64,000 bases of DNA from Azolla caroliniana. Taxonomy: Eukaryota > Plantae > Polypodiophyta. Positions 1 through 11,780 of the stretch are shown one piece after another. Both the position numbers and the translations under genes were made by a program. The stretch covers positions 18,104,001 through 18,168,000 of the forward strand of contig JBHGNT010000012.1 in assembly GCA_043228905.1 (NCBI GenBank). The letters run 5' to 3'. The notes below the pieces were generated by a model. The model did no database searches. It was not told where the DNA came from and was given only the letters and a program-made list of their open reading frames with translations. Each line of letters opens with the position of its first letter. Position 1 is the stretch's first letter.

Positions 1-316
1 GTCTAGATTTTCACTAGGGAGTGTACTACCCATTTGTGTGTTCATGTTGATTAGTGTCTTCTCTTCTTTTACTTTTCTTCGTTCGATCACGTGCACGTGC
101 TACGTAGCGGCACTACAGTAGCCGATAGCCGGATTTTGTCGTCGGCGTCTCGAACACACAATCACGGAGTCGGGTGGGCTTAGTGGATTTTCTAAACCAC
201 ACACTCTGATACCATGTTAAGAATTAGGTAAGTAATTAAGCAAGGATTAATTAGTACCTAATTATGTGATTAGTTGATAAGCGGAAGATTAAGTGATATG
301 TGTGTGTAATCGTGTA

Positions 317-365
<49 letters not shown>

Positions 366-673
366 CGACACAAGATGGGGGATGAGTAAGTATATTAAAT
401 TAGCATTATCATCATCAAATACAAAAATACCCACAATGAGGTATATATACATCTCATGTGCAAGGGTGCACATGTGTGAGTGGAATATAGGTGCTAAGGT
501 GTAGGTCCTATATTAAATGTACTTAGAAGTGGAGGATCTAGAATATCCCACTTAAGTACAAGGTTCTATTGAAGGCGTTATAGTCAACACTTCTAACTAG
601 ATTCTATCTAGGTAACTACGAAGTTACATGGTTGACTAACTAACTAAACTAAGTTGAGCTTGATCTCTCAACA
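1..673 (-). mobile_element. Element A: 5' end of an LTR retrotransposon (LTR 215-673, tRNA-iMet PBS 204-214), inserted into chromovirus B; runs off the left edge
   Basis: TGTTAAG...CTCTCAACA termini. CTCTGATACCA (reverse complement of the PBS TGGTATCAGAG) abuts the LTR. Gypsy protease coding resumes at 674. (GA)n at about 320-362. Confidence 0.85.
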
Positions 674-3600
674 CATTTAATATAATTAGCATCCCAGAAC
701 ACCCCATTGGTTTAGGATTACCATGGTTCGAATTACATAACCCAAACATAGATTGGAGAACAAGAGAAATCCGGTATCGAAAAGCCCGAGGGTCTACTCA
801 TGAGATTGCAACCATTTTGCTACATCAGTTGTGGGAAGAAGGACGCAAGGAAGAAATGTTTCTCTTCGCAATATCAGTAAAGACCTCAGACACCATTAAA
901 GAGGAGTCCACTATTCAACTTCCAAAGAAGTATCATCATTATGCCGATGTGTTCGATAAAGTACAAGCCAATACGCTTCCTCACCATCGACCGTATGATT
1001 GCCCCATCGATTTACAACCGGGGAAAGAGCCACCATGGGGACTGATCTACAATTTGTCACCAACCGAGCTAGAAGTCCTACGAGCCTATATAGAGGAGAA
1101 TTTGGAAAATGGTTTCATTCGGCATTCGAAATCTCCAGCCGGCGCACCCATTTTCTTCGTCAAGAAAAAGGATGGATCACTTCGTCTCATTCTAGATTAC
1201 CGTGGCTTGAATAAGGTTACAATCAGAAATAGGTATGCACTTCCCCTTATCTCAAGTCTTTTAGAACGGATCAATGGTGCAAGGTTCTTCATGAAGATCG
1301 ACTTACGGGGGGGAGCCTATAACCTCGTACGGATCCGACCAGGAGATGAATGGAAGACCGCGTTTCGCACCAGATATGGGCACTTCGAGTATACAGTCAT
1401 GTCGTTTGGCCTCACTAATGGCAAATGATATGGAAAATGATATATTCTGAGATCTCTTGGATGTTTGTTTGATGATCTATTTGGATGATCTACTGGTTTA
1501 TTCGAAGACCCAAGAAGAGCATGATTCTCATGTATTGTTAGTACTAAAACGACTTCGAGAACATAGTCTTTATGCAAAGCTGGAAAAATGTAGTTTTGGG
1601 TGCAACCAGGTGGAATTTCTGGGCTATGTCATTTCCTCGGAAGGCATCTCCATGGACCCAGCTAAGGTCAAAACTATGGTAGAGTGGCAGACTCCGTATT
1701 TGATGCGAGATGTGCAATGCTTTTTAGGCTTTGCCAATTTTTACCGGAAGTTCATACAGGATTACTCAAAGCTCGTTTTGCCTCTCAAACAACTTACCAA
1801 GAAGGGACAATTGTTCGTTTGGTCTGAAGAAGTGGACATGGATTTCGAGAGTCTTAAGAAGGCATTTACATCGGCTCCAATTCTACCTCATGTCGATCCG
1901 GAAAAACCATTCATTCTCGAAGCAAACGCGTCGTATTTCGCATTGGGGAGCATTTTGTCACAACGGGGTAATGATGAGAAGCTACAGCCTGTGGCTTTTC
2001 ACTCACGCAAGTTTGACACTGCCAAAATCAACTACAAAATTCATGATAAGGAGCTATTGGCAATAGTGGATTCTTTTACGCAATGGAGGCATTTTCTAGA
2101 GGGATCCTCTCATCAAGTCACCGCATTCAGTGACCACAAAAACCTTGCATACTTTCAGTATGCTTGTGTGTTAAATCGATGTCAAGCTCGGTGGGTCCAC
2201 TTCCTCACGCGTTTCGACTTCAAAATTACATATCGTCTAGGGAAGCACCAAGGGAAGGCAGATGCATTATCACGACATTCGTACCTAGCACCGCGTCCCG
2301 ACGAGCCAACTTTTGATAACCAAAAGCAAGTAATCTTGGGACCGACACGACTGCAAGCAACACAAGTCTTTGGCATGCCCATGGATTCCCACGTTATCAA
2401 TACTATACGTAAGGACTTGAAGACCGATGCTTTCGCCCAAGCCATTCTAGCACAAATTGATCCCTCTCGAACATCTTGTTCACAGTCTCAACCATCAAGT
2501 ACGGACTATCAACAATTCAAATACCATGATGGATTACTATTCTTTAATGAACTCTTGTATGTTCCTAATGGTTCTTGCCGCCTTCGAGTAGTCCAAAACT
2601 ATCATGACACATATATAGTTGGGCATTTTGGTAGTACTAAAACATTAGATTTAGTACAATGATCATTTTGGTGGCCCCGTATGCGACAATTTGTCGAAGA
2701 TTTTGTTCGGACTTGTGATACATGTTGCAGAGTGAAAATGCCAAGGTATCATCCATATGGTTTATTAGAACCATTACCAATTCCAAGCAAGTCGTGGCAA
2801 TCCATTGCTCTAGACTTCATCACAGATCTTCCAGTCTCTAAGGGGTTCAATGCGATTCTAACAGTCGTAGATTGATATATGAAGATGGCTCATTTTTTGC
2901 CATGTACTAAGGAAATCTCTAGTGAAGAAACCGTTGAAATTTTCATGCGTGAAGTATGTCGGCATCATGGCCTTCCCGATAGTATCATCAACGACCATGA
3001 ACCCCAGTTCGTATCGAAATTCTGGAAGCACCTTTTTAAAATGCTCAAGGTCACTTGTAACCTCTCCTCCAGCTACCACCCACAAACCGATGGGCAAGCA
3101 GAACGAACAAATCAAACGCTGGAGTAGTATCTTCGGTGCTTTCTAAGCTATCATCAGGATGATTGGGCAGATATTCTCCACTTTGCCGAATTTGACTATA
3201 ATAACTCTGTCCACGCATCGACTAAAGTTACGCCATTTTATGCTTATACGGGTTGTTACCCCGGTGGTGTGTATTTGAAACCCCAGAGATGTCCACAAAT
3301 CCTTTCGTAGATGATCGTTTAGAGTGGTTACACAAGATACAAGCCGATTTATCTACTCATCTCCAACAAGCTCAACAAACACACAAGGTTTATGCGGATC
3401 GTCATCGACTTCCATCCTATTTTAACATTGGAGATCGGGTATGGCTACTACGATGACACATCAAGACTACTCGTGCATGTGAGAAGTTGGATTATCGACA
3501 ATTAGGTCCTTTCCGTATTATAGGAAAGATTAATGATGTTGCTTTTCATCTCGATCTACCTCCACAACTTCGGATACATACGGTGTTTCATAGTTCTCTC

Positions 3601-3890
3601 TTCGAACCCTATTAAGAGAGCACCTTTCCAGGACGTATTACATAGCCTCCACCCCTGATCGAGCTTGAAGATGGACATGAGTACGAGGTTGCCGACATCC
3701 TTGATTCCAAGATTGTTTGCAACAAGCTCTCCTATCTAGTCGATTGGCTAGGATATAGTCCTAGTGACTGTACTTGGGAACCGATAGAGAATGTGACCAA
3801 TGGTCGTGCTCTTCTTGAAGACTTCCATCGTCAATATCCAAACAAACCGGGTACTCAATCCAAAACGACTCGTGACACTCATCGTTTTAA
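674..3890 (+). pseudogene. pol: Degenerate chromoviral pol with C-terminal chromodomain (about 3660-3850)
   Basis: ORF fragments 817-1428, 1457-2662, 2681-2875, 2879-3127 and 3253-3456. The 3' end translates EYEVADILDSKIVCNKLSYLVDWLGYSPSDCTWEPIENV. Confidence 0.9.
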
Positions 3891-3904
3891 AAAGGGGATA
3901 GTGT

Positions 3905-3978
3905 CATGATATGGCAAGACTCAAACCCATGACCTTATGCTACAAGGGTCGAGCTCTTGACCATTAGACCATACATTA
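3905..3978 (-). promoter_or_regulatory. Degenerate tRNA-like (Pol III A/B box) cassette at the U3 tip of the B LTR
   Basis: The minus strand reads TGGTCTAATGG (A box) ... GGTTTGAGTC (B-box-like) at tRNA spacing. Confidence 0.55.
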
Positions 3979-6900
3979 TAATACATATATATTATTTTCA
4001 TTTATGTTTTATTATAGAAAATTGATGTATATTCTAGATTTCTCTAGAACATTCTAGAAGCTTTAGGAGTACTCCTGAGAACATTATAAAAGGAGGCACA
4101 AGGCATTATTACGAACCTAATCGGTTCAACGCTAGTCTTAAGCCTCCTAACTACTATTATATACTCTCTTCACATAATATATAATCATTTATCATCATTC
4201 TTTCTCACCCTTTCTCTCTCTCTCTCTCTCTCTCTCACTCACTCTTTCCTTCTCTCGAGAGTTCTACATCTCTCTTAGTATTAATCCTCATCTTTTAGTA
4301 CTAATTCCTTCTCTGTCTTAGTACTGATCCTGACAGCAAGAAGATGGTTCGGATCATATGTGGTGACAAGTGTCAACGACAATGCCACATACCACCTTGC
4401 GGAGCTAGACAGTGTCGTGTTGCACATGACACACGTGCCAAACGTCGTGATGTGCGCGTCACAAGCGCGGACAAGCACCGGGCCTCTATCCGCTAGTGGT
4501 TATGGAGGATTGATGATGGGATCGTTCAAGATAATGGAACCGCGGAAGGACTAGTGCAAGCGAGAAGTATTAAAGAAAAATTGATAGATAGATGCAGGTG
4601 GGAATTCCTATTCCCGGTGTCGTGTTACTACGCTTTCGCGGGTGAAAGAGACGGGACCACAGGGGCCCTGAACCAAGGAGCGTGAGAGAGGAGAGAGAGA
4701 GTGTTTTGCTGAACACAGTGAAAGAGAGAGAGAGAGAAAACAGAACAATTCGATTATAACACCAAAAACGATTACAACCGGCACACCGGCAACGGACCCA
4801 ACACGGGAGTGCAACCACACACACACAGGTGTCACACGCCAAGCACAGAAATGCGAGGGGAAATCCTCTGATGGAAGCGCACGGGCTGTCCACGAAGCAG
4901 AGGCGACGATCTCCAAAACCTGCAGAGAATGACAACCGAAGGAGGAGAGAGGGAGCTCGGTACTTGGTTTTGCAACACTTCGTCCTCGCTAACGCACGAC
5001 GCCCCTGTTCTTCCTTCTCTTCTTCCTTATATAGGTCGTTGGGGAGAGTCCGTTCTCCTTCAGTCACAGTCACATTACTTTATTCTCTGTCCCTTCGGAC
5101 AGAGATACACATCGATTCCCTAATAAATGTGTTGGACCTAGTATATTTACATCAGCCGCCCCACACATAATTATGTACAAGTTATCAATTCACACGCCCA
5201 CACATGGAAGGGCCGGTTCGTGCACGGTTTCTCTCGTTTCCTCCTAGGGATGGTTTTCTCCACGACATCCACCCCCACCAAACCGCGCGTCCACCGGTAC
5301 GCGCCAGATACAACACTTGCTGGAGAAAACCGGCCCGCTATCAGTCGTCGCTGCCTGAATCATCATTCGTTTTGAGCCGATCGTCGTCGTTAGTCGCACA
5401 TTCCGGGTCTGGCTCTTCCTCTTGCCACTTCTTGAAGACCTTGACCCTTTTTCCTGCTACCGGCACCGCCATCTGTGTCCCGTCGAGCTCCGCAAGATGG
5501 TACATGCCATTGTTGTTCGCACTCGTTACCACATAGGGCCCGAACCACCTCCTCGCAAAATTACTCACCGCCTTGTGCTGATTGTCGAGGCTGCTGTCGT
5601 ACACTAGCACCCAATCACCTTCCTTGATCTTCCTTGGCCTCAGTCGGTGAGTATGGTCGAACCGACCTTTGTTCTTTTCTCGTGCTATACGTAGCCTTTC
5701 CTTTGCCCACTCCACGTCTTCCGGTTTTCGCTCGAGTTGCCAGATCCTTGCTGCCAGCAACTCTTCCTGACTCATCTTGTCCTTCCAGTCCATCGCAGCC
5801 CACGAAGTGATCGTTTTCTCCGCCGGCATGATTTGCTTCTGCCCGTACATCAGCTTCGCTGGCATGAACCCCGTCACCGAACTATGCATAGTTCGATCTG
5901 CCCATAGCGCGTAAGGAAGGAGCCGTGGCCAATTCCCGACCTGTCCTTCGCATGCACGTACTAACACCTTCACAATGGGCTCGTGACCACGCTCTACCTT
6001 CCTGTTGGCCTCCGGATTGTATGCCGTAGTGAGGGAGAGTTTGACCCCCAGTCGGTCAAACAACTCTTCAGCCTCTTGCGCGTCTAGTTCTCCGCGGTTG
6101 GCCACGATCTTTCCTACACACCCGTACCGGCACACCACTTCTTCAATCAGAAATCAGCACACGGCCGCGGTCGTTTTGTTCTGAAAGCTCAGCCTTCCAC
6201 CTGGTTCGTCAGGTCCTCCCGAGCCAGCACCAAATATCGCATCTGTCCTACCCCCATCGGCATAGTCACTAAATCCATCATCCATTTGAAGTGGATGGTC
6301 GGTGGGTAGGTTGGATGAAGCTTGTTTCGATGCTGGATTGTAGAGTGCATCTGGCAATTCTTACAGGTTGTCACAAAATGATGCACGTCCCGATACAACC
6401 CCGGCCACCAATACTTTCCCTTGAGCTTCTTGAATGTGGCCCACGTCCCGTGGTGTCTGGCCTAGGGACTCTCGTGATATGCTGTAAGCAACGCTTTCTG
6501 CTTGTCTTCCCTCGCCACTACGCGGAGTGGGGTGTTGCTACGCTTCTTCGGATGCCTCCATATGCGGCCTCCTCGTAGGAAGAATTGGTACGCCTTCTTC
6601 CGCACCCGATTGGCCTCTTCTCTAGTCCACGCCGTGTCCGGCGTCATCGTCCGTAGGAACCTTCCTATTTGGAGCCACTCCCCGTCGTATTTGCTCTCGT
6701 CGAACTCGTTAAGCGCCGGAGTGCTCCCCGTCCCAGTTGCCACGTTAGCTGACCCGAAGAATTCCTCGCCGACTTCTTCGTTATCCGAAACCATGCCGTC
6801 CTCGTCGCTGAACCGCGCCCTTGAAAGCATATCGGCCATGGCATTATCCTTTCCGGAGATGTGTCGTATCTCCGGGTTCAGGGACTTGATGTACGCGATC

Positions 6901-7765
6901 CACCTGAACATCGCCGGGTCTGGACTCGCGCACCCAGAAACCATACCTAGAATCGGTAGGCAGTCCGTCTCGATGATCACTTCCGTCCCAATCAGATAGT
7001 CCTTGTCGGCCTTGACTGCCGAAACGATACCCCATAGCTTGCGCTTAATTTGGGCATATCCTTGTTGCCGCTCGCTCAATACCTTTGCTCCGAACCGGAT
7101 CAGGAACCGTACACCGTCCTCGTCTTCCTGATTGATCATCCACCCAATTCCGATCGGGCTCGTGTCCACCATCACGTAAATGGGGACTTCCTTGCCGTAA
7201 ACCGCTTTCCGGAGAGCTGGTGCCGTGGCGAGCTCCTCCTTTAGTCTCTGGACCGACTCCATGTGCTCCGTCCTCCATTCGAACCGGCACCCTTTCTTTC
7301 ATATCCCGTAAAGTGGTTCCGCGACATGCGCGTAGTGGGGAATCTAGATGTGATAGAACGCACATGCCCCCAGGATCCTTCGGACCTCCGTGACCGACCT
7401 GCAATCATCCTTCATCGCGGAGATGGCTTCTACCTTCGCCGAGGACGGCTTCCGGCCGTAAGGCCCACACAGGTGTCCGACTACCAGGATCTCCGGCTGT
7501 CCGAAGGCTGATTTTTCTTCGGAGAAGGTGAGCTGCGCGCTCTCGAGTCTTTGTAGCACCTTCTCGCAGTTGTGGATGTGATCCGTCACGAACCTCCGGC
7601 AACCGTCGGGGCCGACCGACTCGTCCTAGTCCTCCACCGGACATCCTTTGATCGGGATGTCGTCCAAAAACGGCATGGTGATGTCTGGGATGCAGTCCCT
7701 CAACACCTTGTTCATCGCATTCACCATGTGCGCCACCAAGTTCGTTCCCCCTTGCGGTAGGATAC

Positions 7766-8434
7766 TGTTATAAACAGTGCTCGGCCACAACCGAGGAATA
7801 GGATCAACTCACAGAAATTGGGAAATACAAAGTGCACGAGAACAGTAGAGAGAAAAGGTACACTGGAATTTTACGTGGAAAACCCTAAATGGGAAAAACC
7901 ACGGGAGTCCTCAAACTCCAACTATCACTATACACTGAGATGTACAATGGTGAAGCTACAAGGCAACAACCTTGAGCTCACTGTCTTCGCCACAGGCGGC
8001 GGTAATACACAGAGGCGTCGACCTCTTCCTTTCTCTCTCTCTCTCTCTCGGCTGCTCTCACTTCGCTCTCTCGGCTGAAAACATAAAATGAGCAACAACA
8101 TTTAAACTGTTTGCCCTAAGTCATATTTATACACATATGACTTTCGGGCTATTTACAAATATAGCCTCAAGGGCTCTTGGCAAAACATATTCACAAATAT
8201 GTCCCCGCATCCGGATCTCTCTCCGGGTACATTCGTCATCCGGCTCCGTTACCGGGGTCTTCAGCATCCGGCTCCGTAGCCAGGGTCTTCATCATCCGGC
8301 TCCGTAACCGGAACCGGGCTTGCCGTCATCCGGATCTCTCTCCGGGTACATTCGTCATCCGGCTCCGTAACCGCAACCGGGCTTGCCGTCATTCATCTCC
8401 GGACATCCCATCCGGAGGGACCGAAATCCCAACA
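7766..8434. mobile_element. Solo LTR (probably Ty1/copia) with 5-bp TSD GATAC, inserted in the RT of E
   Basis: TGTTAT...CCCAACA flanked by GATAC at 7761-7765 and 8435-8439. Its ends resemble the LTR of copia N at 63289-63376. Confidence 0.88.
8208..8420. repeat. CATCCGG-core minisatellite inside the solo LTR
   Basis: Repeated units catccggctccgt.. and catccggatctctctccgggtacattcgt. Confidence 0.85.
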
Positions 8435-11400
8435 GATACACATCCGAACTAGGTCGAGAAGAGTCCGCATCGTTGTGACATCCCTGCTCTCTACGGCTAG
8501 TTGGAACTGATCGTACCTTGAGTACAGATCCCCGACCGAGTAGATCGACCTCCCTCCGAAGGCCTCCACAAACTCATCAATGGTCGGTCTGATACCTGCG
8601 TTTTGAATGGTCACCTTGTTGACCGGCTGCAGGTCCTGTATGAAGCGCAGTGTGCCGTTCTTCTTTGGCACGGTAAACCACCGATTCGAATATGGGGCAC
8701 TCGACGCTTCGAGGATGCCCATCTCCACCTTCTGTTTCAACAACTCCATCACCTCCGGAATGTGAGCTCTAGGCACCGGATTCGGTTTAAGATTCCACGG
8801 TACAACGGTACCATGAAGATCACCATCGGTTCTACGATCGTTGGGTCTATGCACCCGATCTCCTCCGGCGAGAATGCGAAGGCTTTCTTGTGCCTTCCGA
8901 GCACTCTCCGAAACCGGCAGTAGAAACCCACCCCCACCAACCTTGAGCTCCCGTAGCGTTATGTCGGTGAACTGGTATCCTATGCTGGCTGGATTCCGTA
9001 AACTTGGGTCCAACGCGACCCCCTTTATACGCTTCTCGTTGCCCTCCAGCAAGGGTGCTGCGAAAGTCTCACCTTCCGGTCCACAGTCTTGTACTTCGTA
9101 CTTACGCAAGTCGTCCGATCCGACCTGATCCTTTCCCCAAAGTCCACGATGACTTCGTACATTTTCACTGAGCTGACCGGAATCATCTAGTCTTCGCTAA
9201 GGCCCTCGTCGACTACGCCACACAACTCTCCCAAGGTGTCGTCAAACAAGACTGCCTCCATGGCGCCGCTAATTGCTTCATCGGGGTGGAGAGCCCCACA
9301 TGACCTAAGCCGCTCCTCCACCTTCGTCTTCTCCCAGCTACTGATGCCAGTTACTGTACAACCTCCATTGTCAGAGAGTCAAAATTTCCTACCTATGGTA
9401 CAGGTGTGGGGTTCCTCCGGCGCGTCTGGACTATCGCAGCCCCACGCCTTCATAGCCCTCTTTAAAAATCCCCTCGGCTATCGCCGTCGCGAGTCTCGCA
9501 GTTACACTCATGATTTGGTCTTACGGTCAGAAATTGGACGGAGTGTCGTCTGTCTTGACTCTTCACGCGCGCGTATGCCGAGCCGTAGTCGAGCACCTTT
9601 GTTTCCATGCATGTTGCTGTGATGTATGGCTCGGCGAGTATCACTGGGTGCGAAGACATCTCCTGCACAAAGAAGTGTTGATCTATCTTGACGTCGCCGA
9701 TCTTTATGCGCACGTTCGGGCATGCCCCGTGCAACTCCTCCGTAGCGCGGGTCGTCGTGCGTATTTTCCAGCCATGTTTGGTGTTGATTGGCCATTTCCC
9801 CTTTTTGTAAAAGTCCATGGACATGAGATTGATCTCGGACCCATGGTCTATTAGCGCCACTACTGGTTCTTGCACATCTCCAATCCGGACAGGGGTCTCG
9901 GTAGTGGCTCTGGCCCAGTGTAGCTTTGAAAAATGGCTTTCCGCCAACTCGTCTTCCAGGGCCGCATCCTCTAGGTGCGTAGTCCGCACCTCTACGGGCT
10001 TCTCCGGTTCTGGTTCCATGGAGAGCTGTTTGCGCTTCACCAAGTCCACAATGGAGTCGTAGAACTCCTTCTTTGCGATCCTAGGCACCTCCCTCAATGA
10101 TAGCTCCACCTTGATATCAAGGATCCACTCTTCGAGGACCTTCTACAGGTCCATCGTTCTCTCTATCTCGGTGCTCAGCCGGTACCCGGTAGGCTTGGCC
10201 TTGTCCTGTATGCCGGAATTGCCGGCGTCACCCTTCCTCGGGCTGAACCGGGTGTCGTACTATTGCGGGGGATCGGGCCCTCCAGCCTTTCCCGCGCGCT
10301 TGTCTTCTACCAGAACCTCGTAGTTCTGGCATGCATCTTCTACGAAGCCAGACTTTTCCTCGACCGGGTCGTCCCACCTGGTGACCTCTCGGATCTGCTG
10401 CTCCGCGCGGTTCGCTTCTTCCTTCTTTAACCGAACTCCGGAGAGGCCTTCTAGCACCAGTGGCCAGAACCCGGAGTGGCTTGCCTTTTGTCCTTCGTTG
10501 CCCCCGACCCGGATTCCTGCCGAAGTGTCGCGCGACGGCCTCTTCCATGACCCTCTTCATTCCACCACGCCCGGTATTCACTTCCAGGGCTCTCTGAGTC
10601 TCGCTGGAGTGCACTCGGCCACCCCAGAGGTACACCGTGTTAATTCTGAGCGCATCTGCGAAATCTGCGCAGTCTCTGCGGGCATGGCCGAATGCGTCGC
10701 ACCATAGGCATCGCTGCTTGCCGGTGGCCTTCGGTCGCGAGACTGGTCGCCGCTGTCCCGTCGTGCATGCGCGATCTGGAGGTTGCGCACCATTTGTGTC
10801 AATTCTTCCAGCGTTGCTCCTCCGGACGGACCTTTGATCACGCCGCTCGAGGCCGACCCCGTCCCAAGCCAATTTTTGGTCTCTTTCTTTCGCGCCAGCG
10901 AAGGCTCCATGAACAGTCTTGCCGGGACAGGTCCCATTGTCGACGACCCTTCATCACTCCATTCCCGCTATTTGTCGAAACGGCTACAGACGCCTTTAAC
11001 CACAGCCTAGTCAGTCGTGAGCCCTCATTCGTCTCAAACATGAGACCTACCTTTTCTCTGTCCAACGCGTTGTCGTGAAGATCCGTCACTACGCGCGGAT
11101 CGTGAGGCGGAACCGTCGGGGTTCTGGACCGGATGGATTCAAAGTCGATACAAGCTTTGGCGAGAAAGTACTTAAGATAGATTAGGAAAGAGAGAAGTTG
11201 AGATTAAATGATTGAGAGAGATTGATTGAACTTTTAACTTTAGATTTAAGAAACAAGTTACACCATCAATTTGATAACGAATTTCTTCTTCTTAATTTCA
11301 TAATAAAAAAAAACCGTGTTTTTTCTCCTCCCCCTTCCCTCTTTTATAGATGCTCTCATGCATATGATGCATGTGAGGGTACAAGACATGCATAAATTGC

Positions 11401-11521
11401 ATGTTTGCCATTTGGCGCTTAAGTATTACATGTGGTGCATGATAACCATGTCACTCATTTTAGCTCTCATGTATAAGAATTTACATGTAAAAGTACAATG
11501 ATAGAAATATAATTTCAACTA

Positions 11522-11592
11522 AATAGCATGGCTTAATGGTAAGCCAATTGACTCCTAACTTGGAGGTGCAAGGTTTGAATCTTTACTTGCCC
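11522..11592 (+). promoter_or_regulatory. tRNA-like A/B-box cassette inside the solo LTR
   Basis: TGGCTTAATGG with D-stem GCTT/AAGC, hairpin CTCC/GGAG, and T-arm AAGG-TTTGAAT-CTTT. Confidence 0.6.
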
Positions 11593-11639
11593 TCCTTGTA
11601 TATGTAAATATGTATATATATTTATATATTTATTTATCT

Positions 11640-11780
11640 AGTCGCCGGACGCCGGTTCGACGGATACCGTCGTCGGATGTCGTCGGTTACCGGTGCCTCG
11701 CCGGATGCCGTCGCCGGATGCCGTCGGTTACCGGTGCCGGATGCCGTCGGTTACCGGTGCCGGATGCCTCCGACGGCATC
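11640..11780. repeat. GC-rich minisatellite (ccggatgccgtcggttaccggtg units) in the solo LTR
   Basis: Directly visible tandem units in an AT-rich LTR. Confidence 0.85.

Larger units (their letters stand above)
674..4335 (+). mobile_element. Element B: Ty3/gypsy chromovirus (Tcn1-like), 3' part with PR end-RT-RH-INT-chromodomain, PPT and 3' LTR (3902-4335)
   Basis: RT motifs [19 protein letters not shown] and YLDD, RH, integrase and chromodomain. PPT AAAAAGGGGATAG at 3889-3901, then TGTCA...TGACA. Confidence 0.9.
5341..9464 (-). pseudogene. pol: pol (RT-RH-INT) of element E, with stops and frameshifts, split by a solo LTR
   Basis: ORF pieces 8393-9109 (YSNRWFTVPKKNG), 7344-7589, 6462-7262 (RH), 6189-6398 and 5341-6138 (integrase). 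Confidence 0.9.

Noticed and set aside
4336-4340. GCAAG after the B LTR and after 42302 as a shared TSD
   Set aside because: Both follow right-hand LTR ends of different families, so the match is coincidence.
4570-5170. ORFs within E LTRs (also 12670-13243) and other LTR ORFs such as 35128-35618 and 40202-40714
   Set aside because: They recur only because LTRs are duplicated, contain microsatellite-derived residues and show no domain.
11522-11592. Functional tRNA genes (also 3905-3978, 13672-13744, 19538-19610)
   Set aside because: Acceptor and anticodon arms are degenerate, so they are reported only as tRNA-like cassettes.
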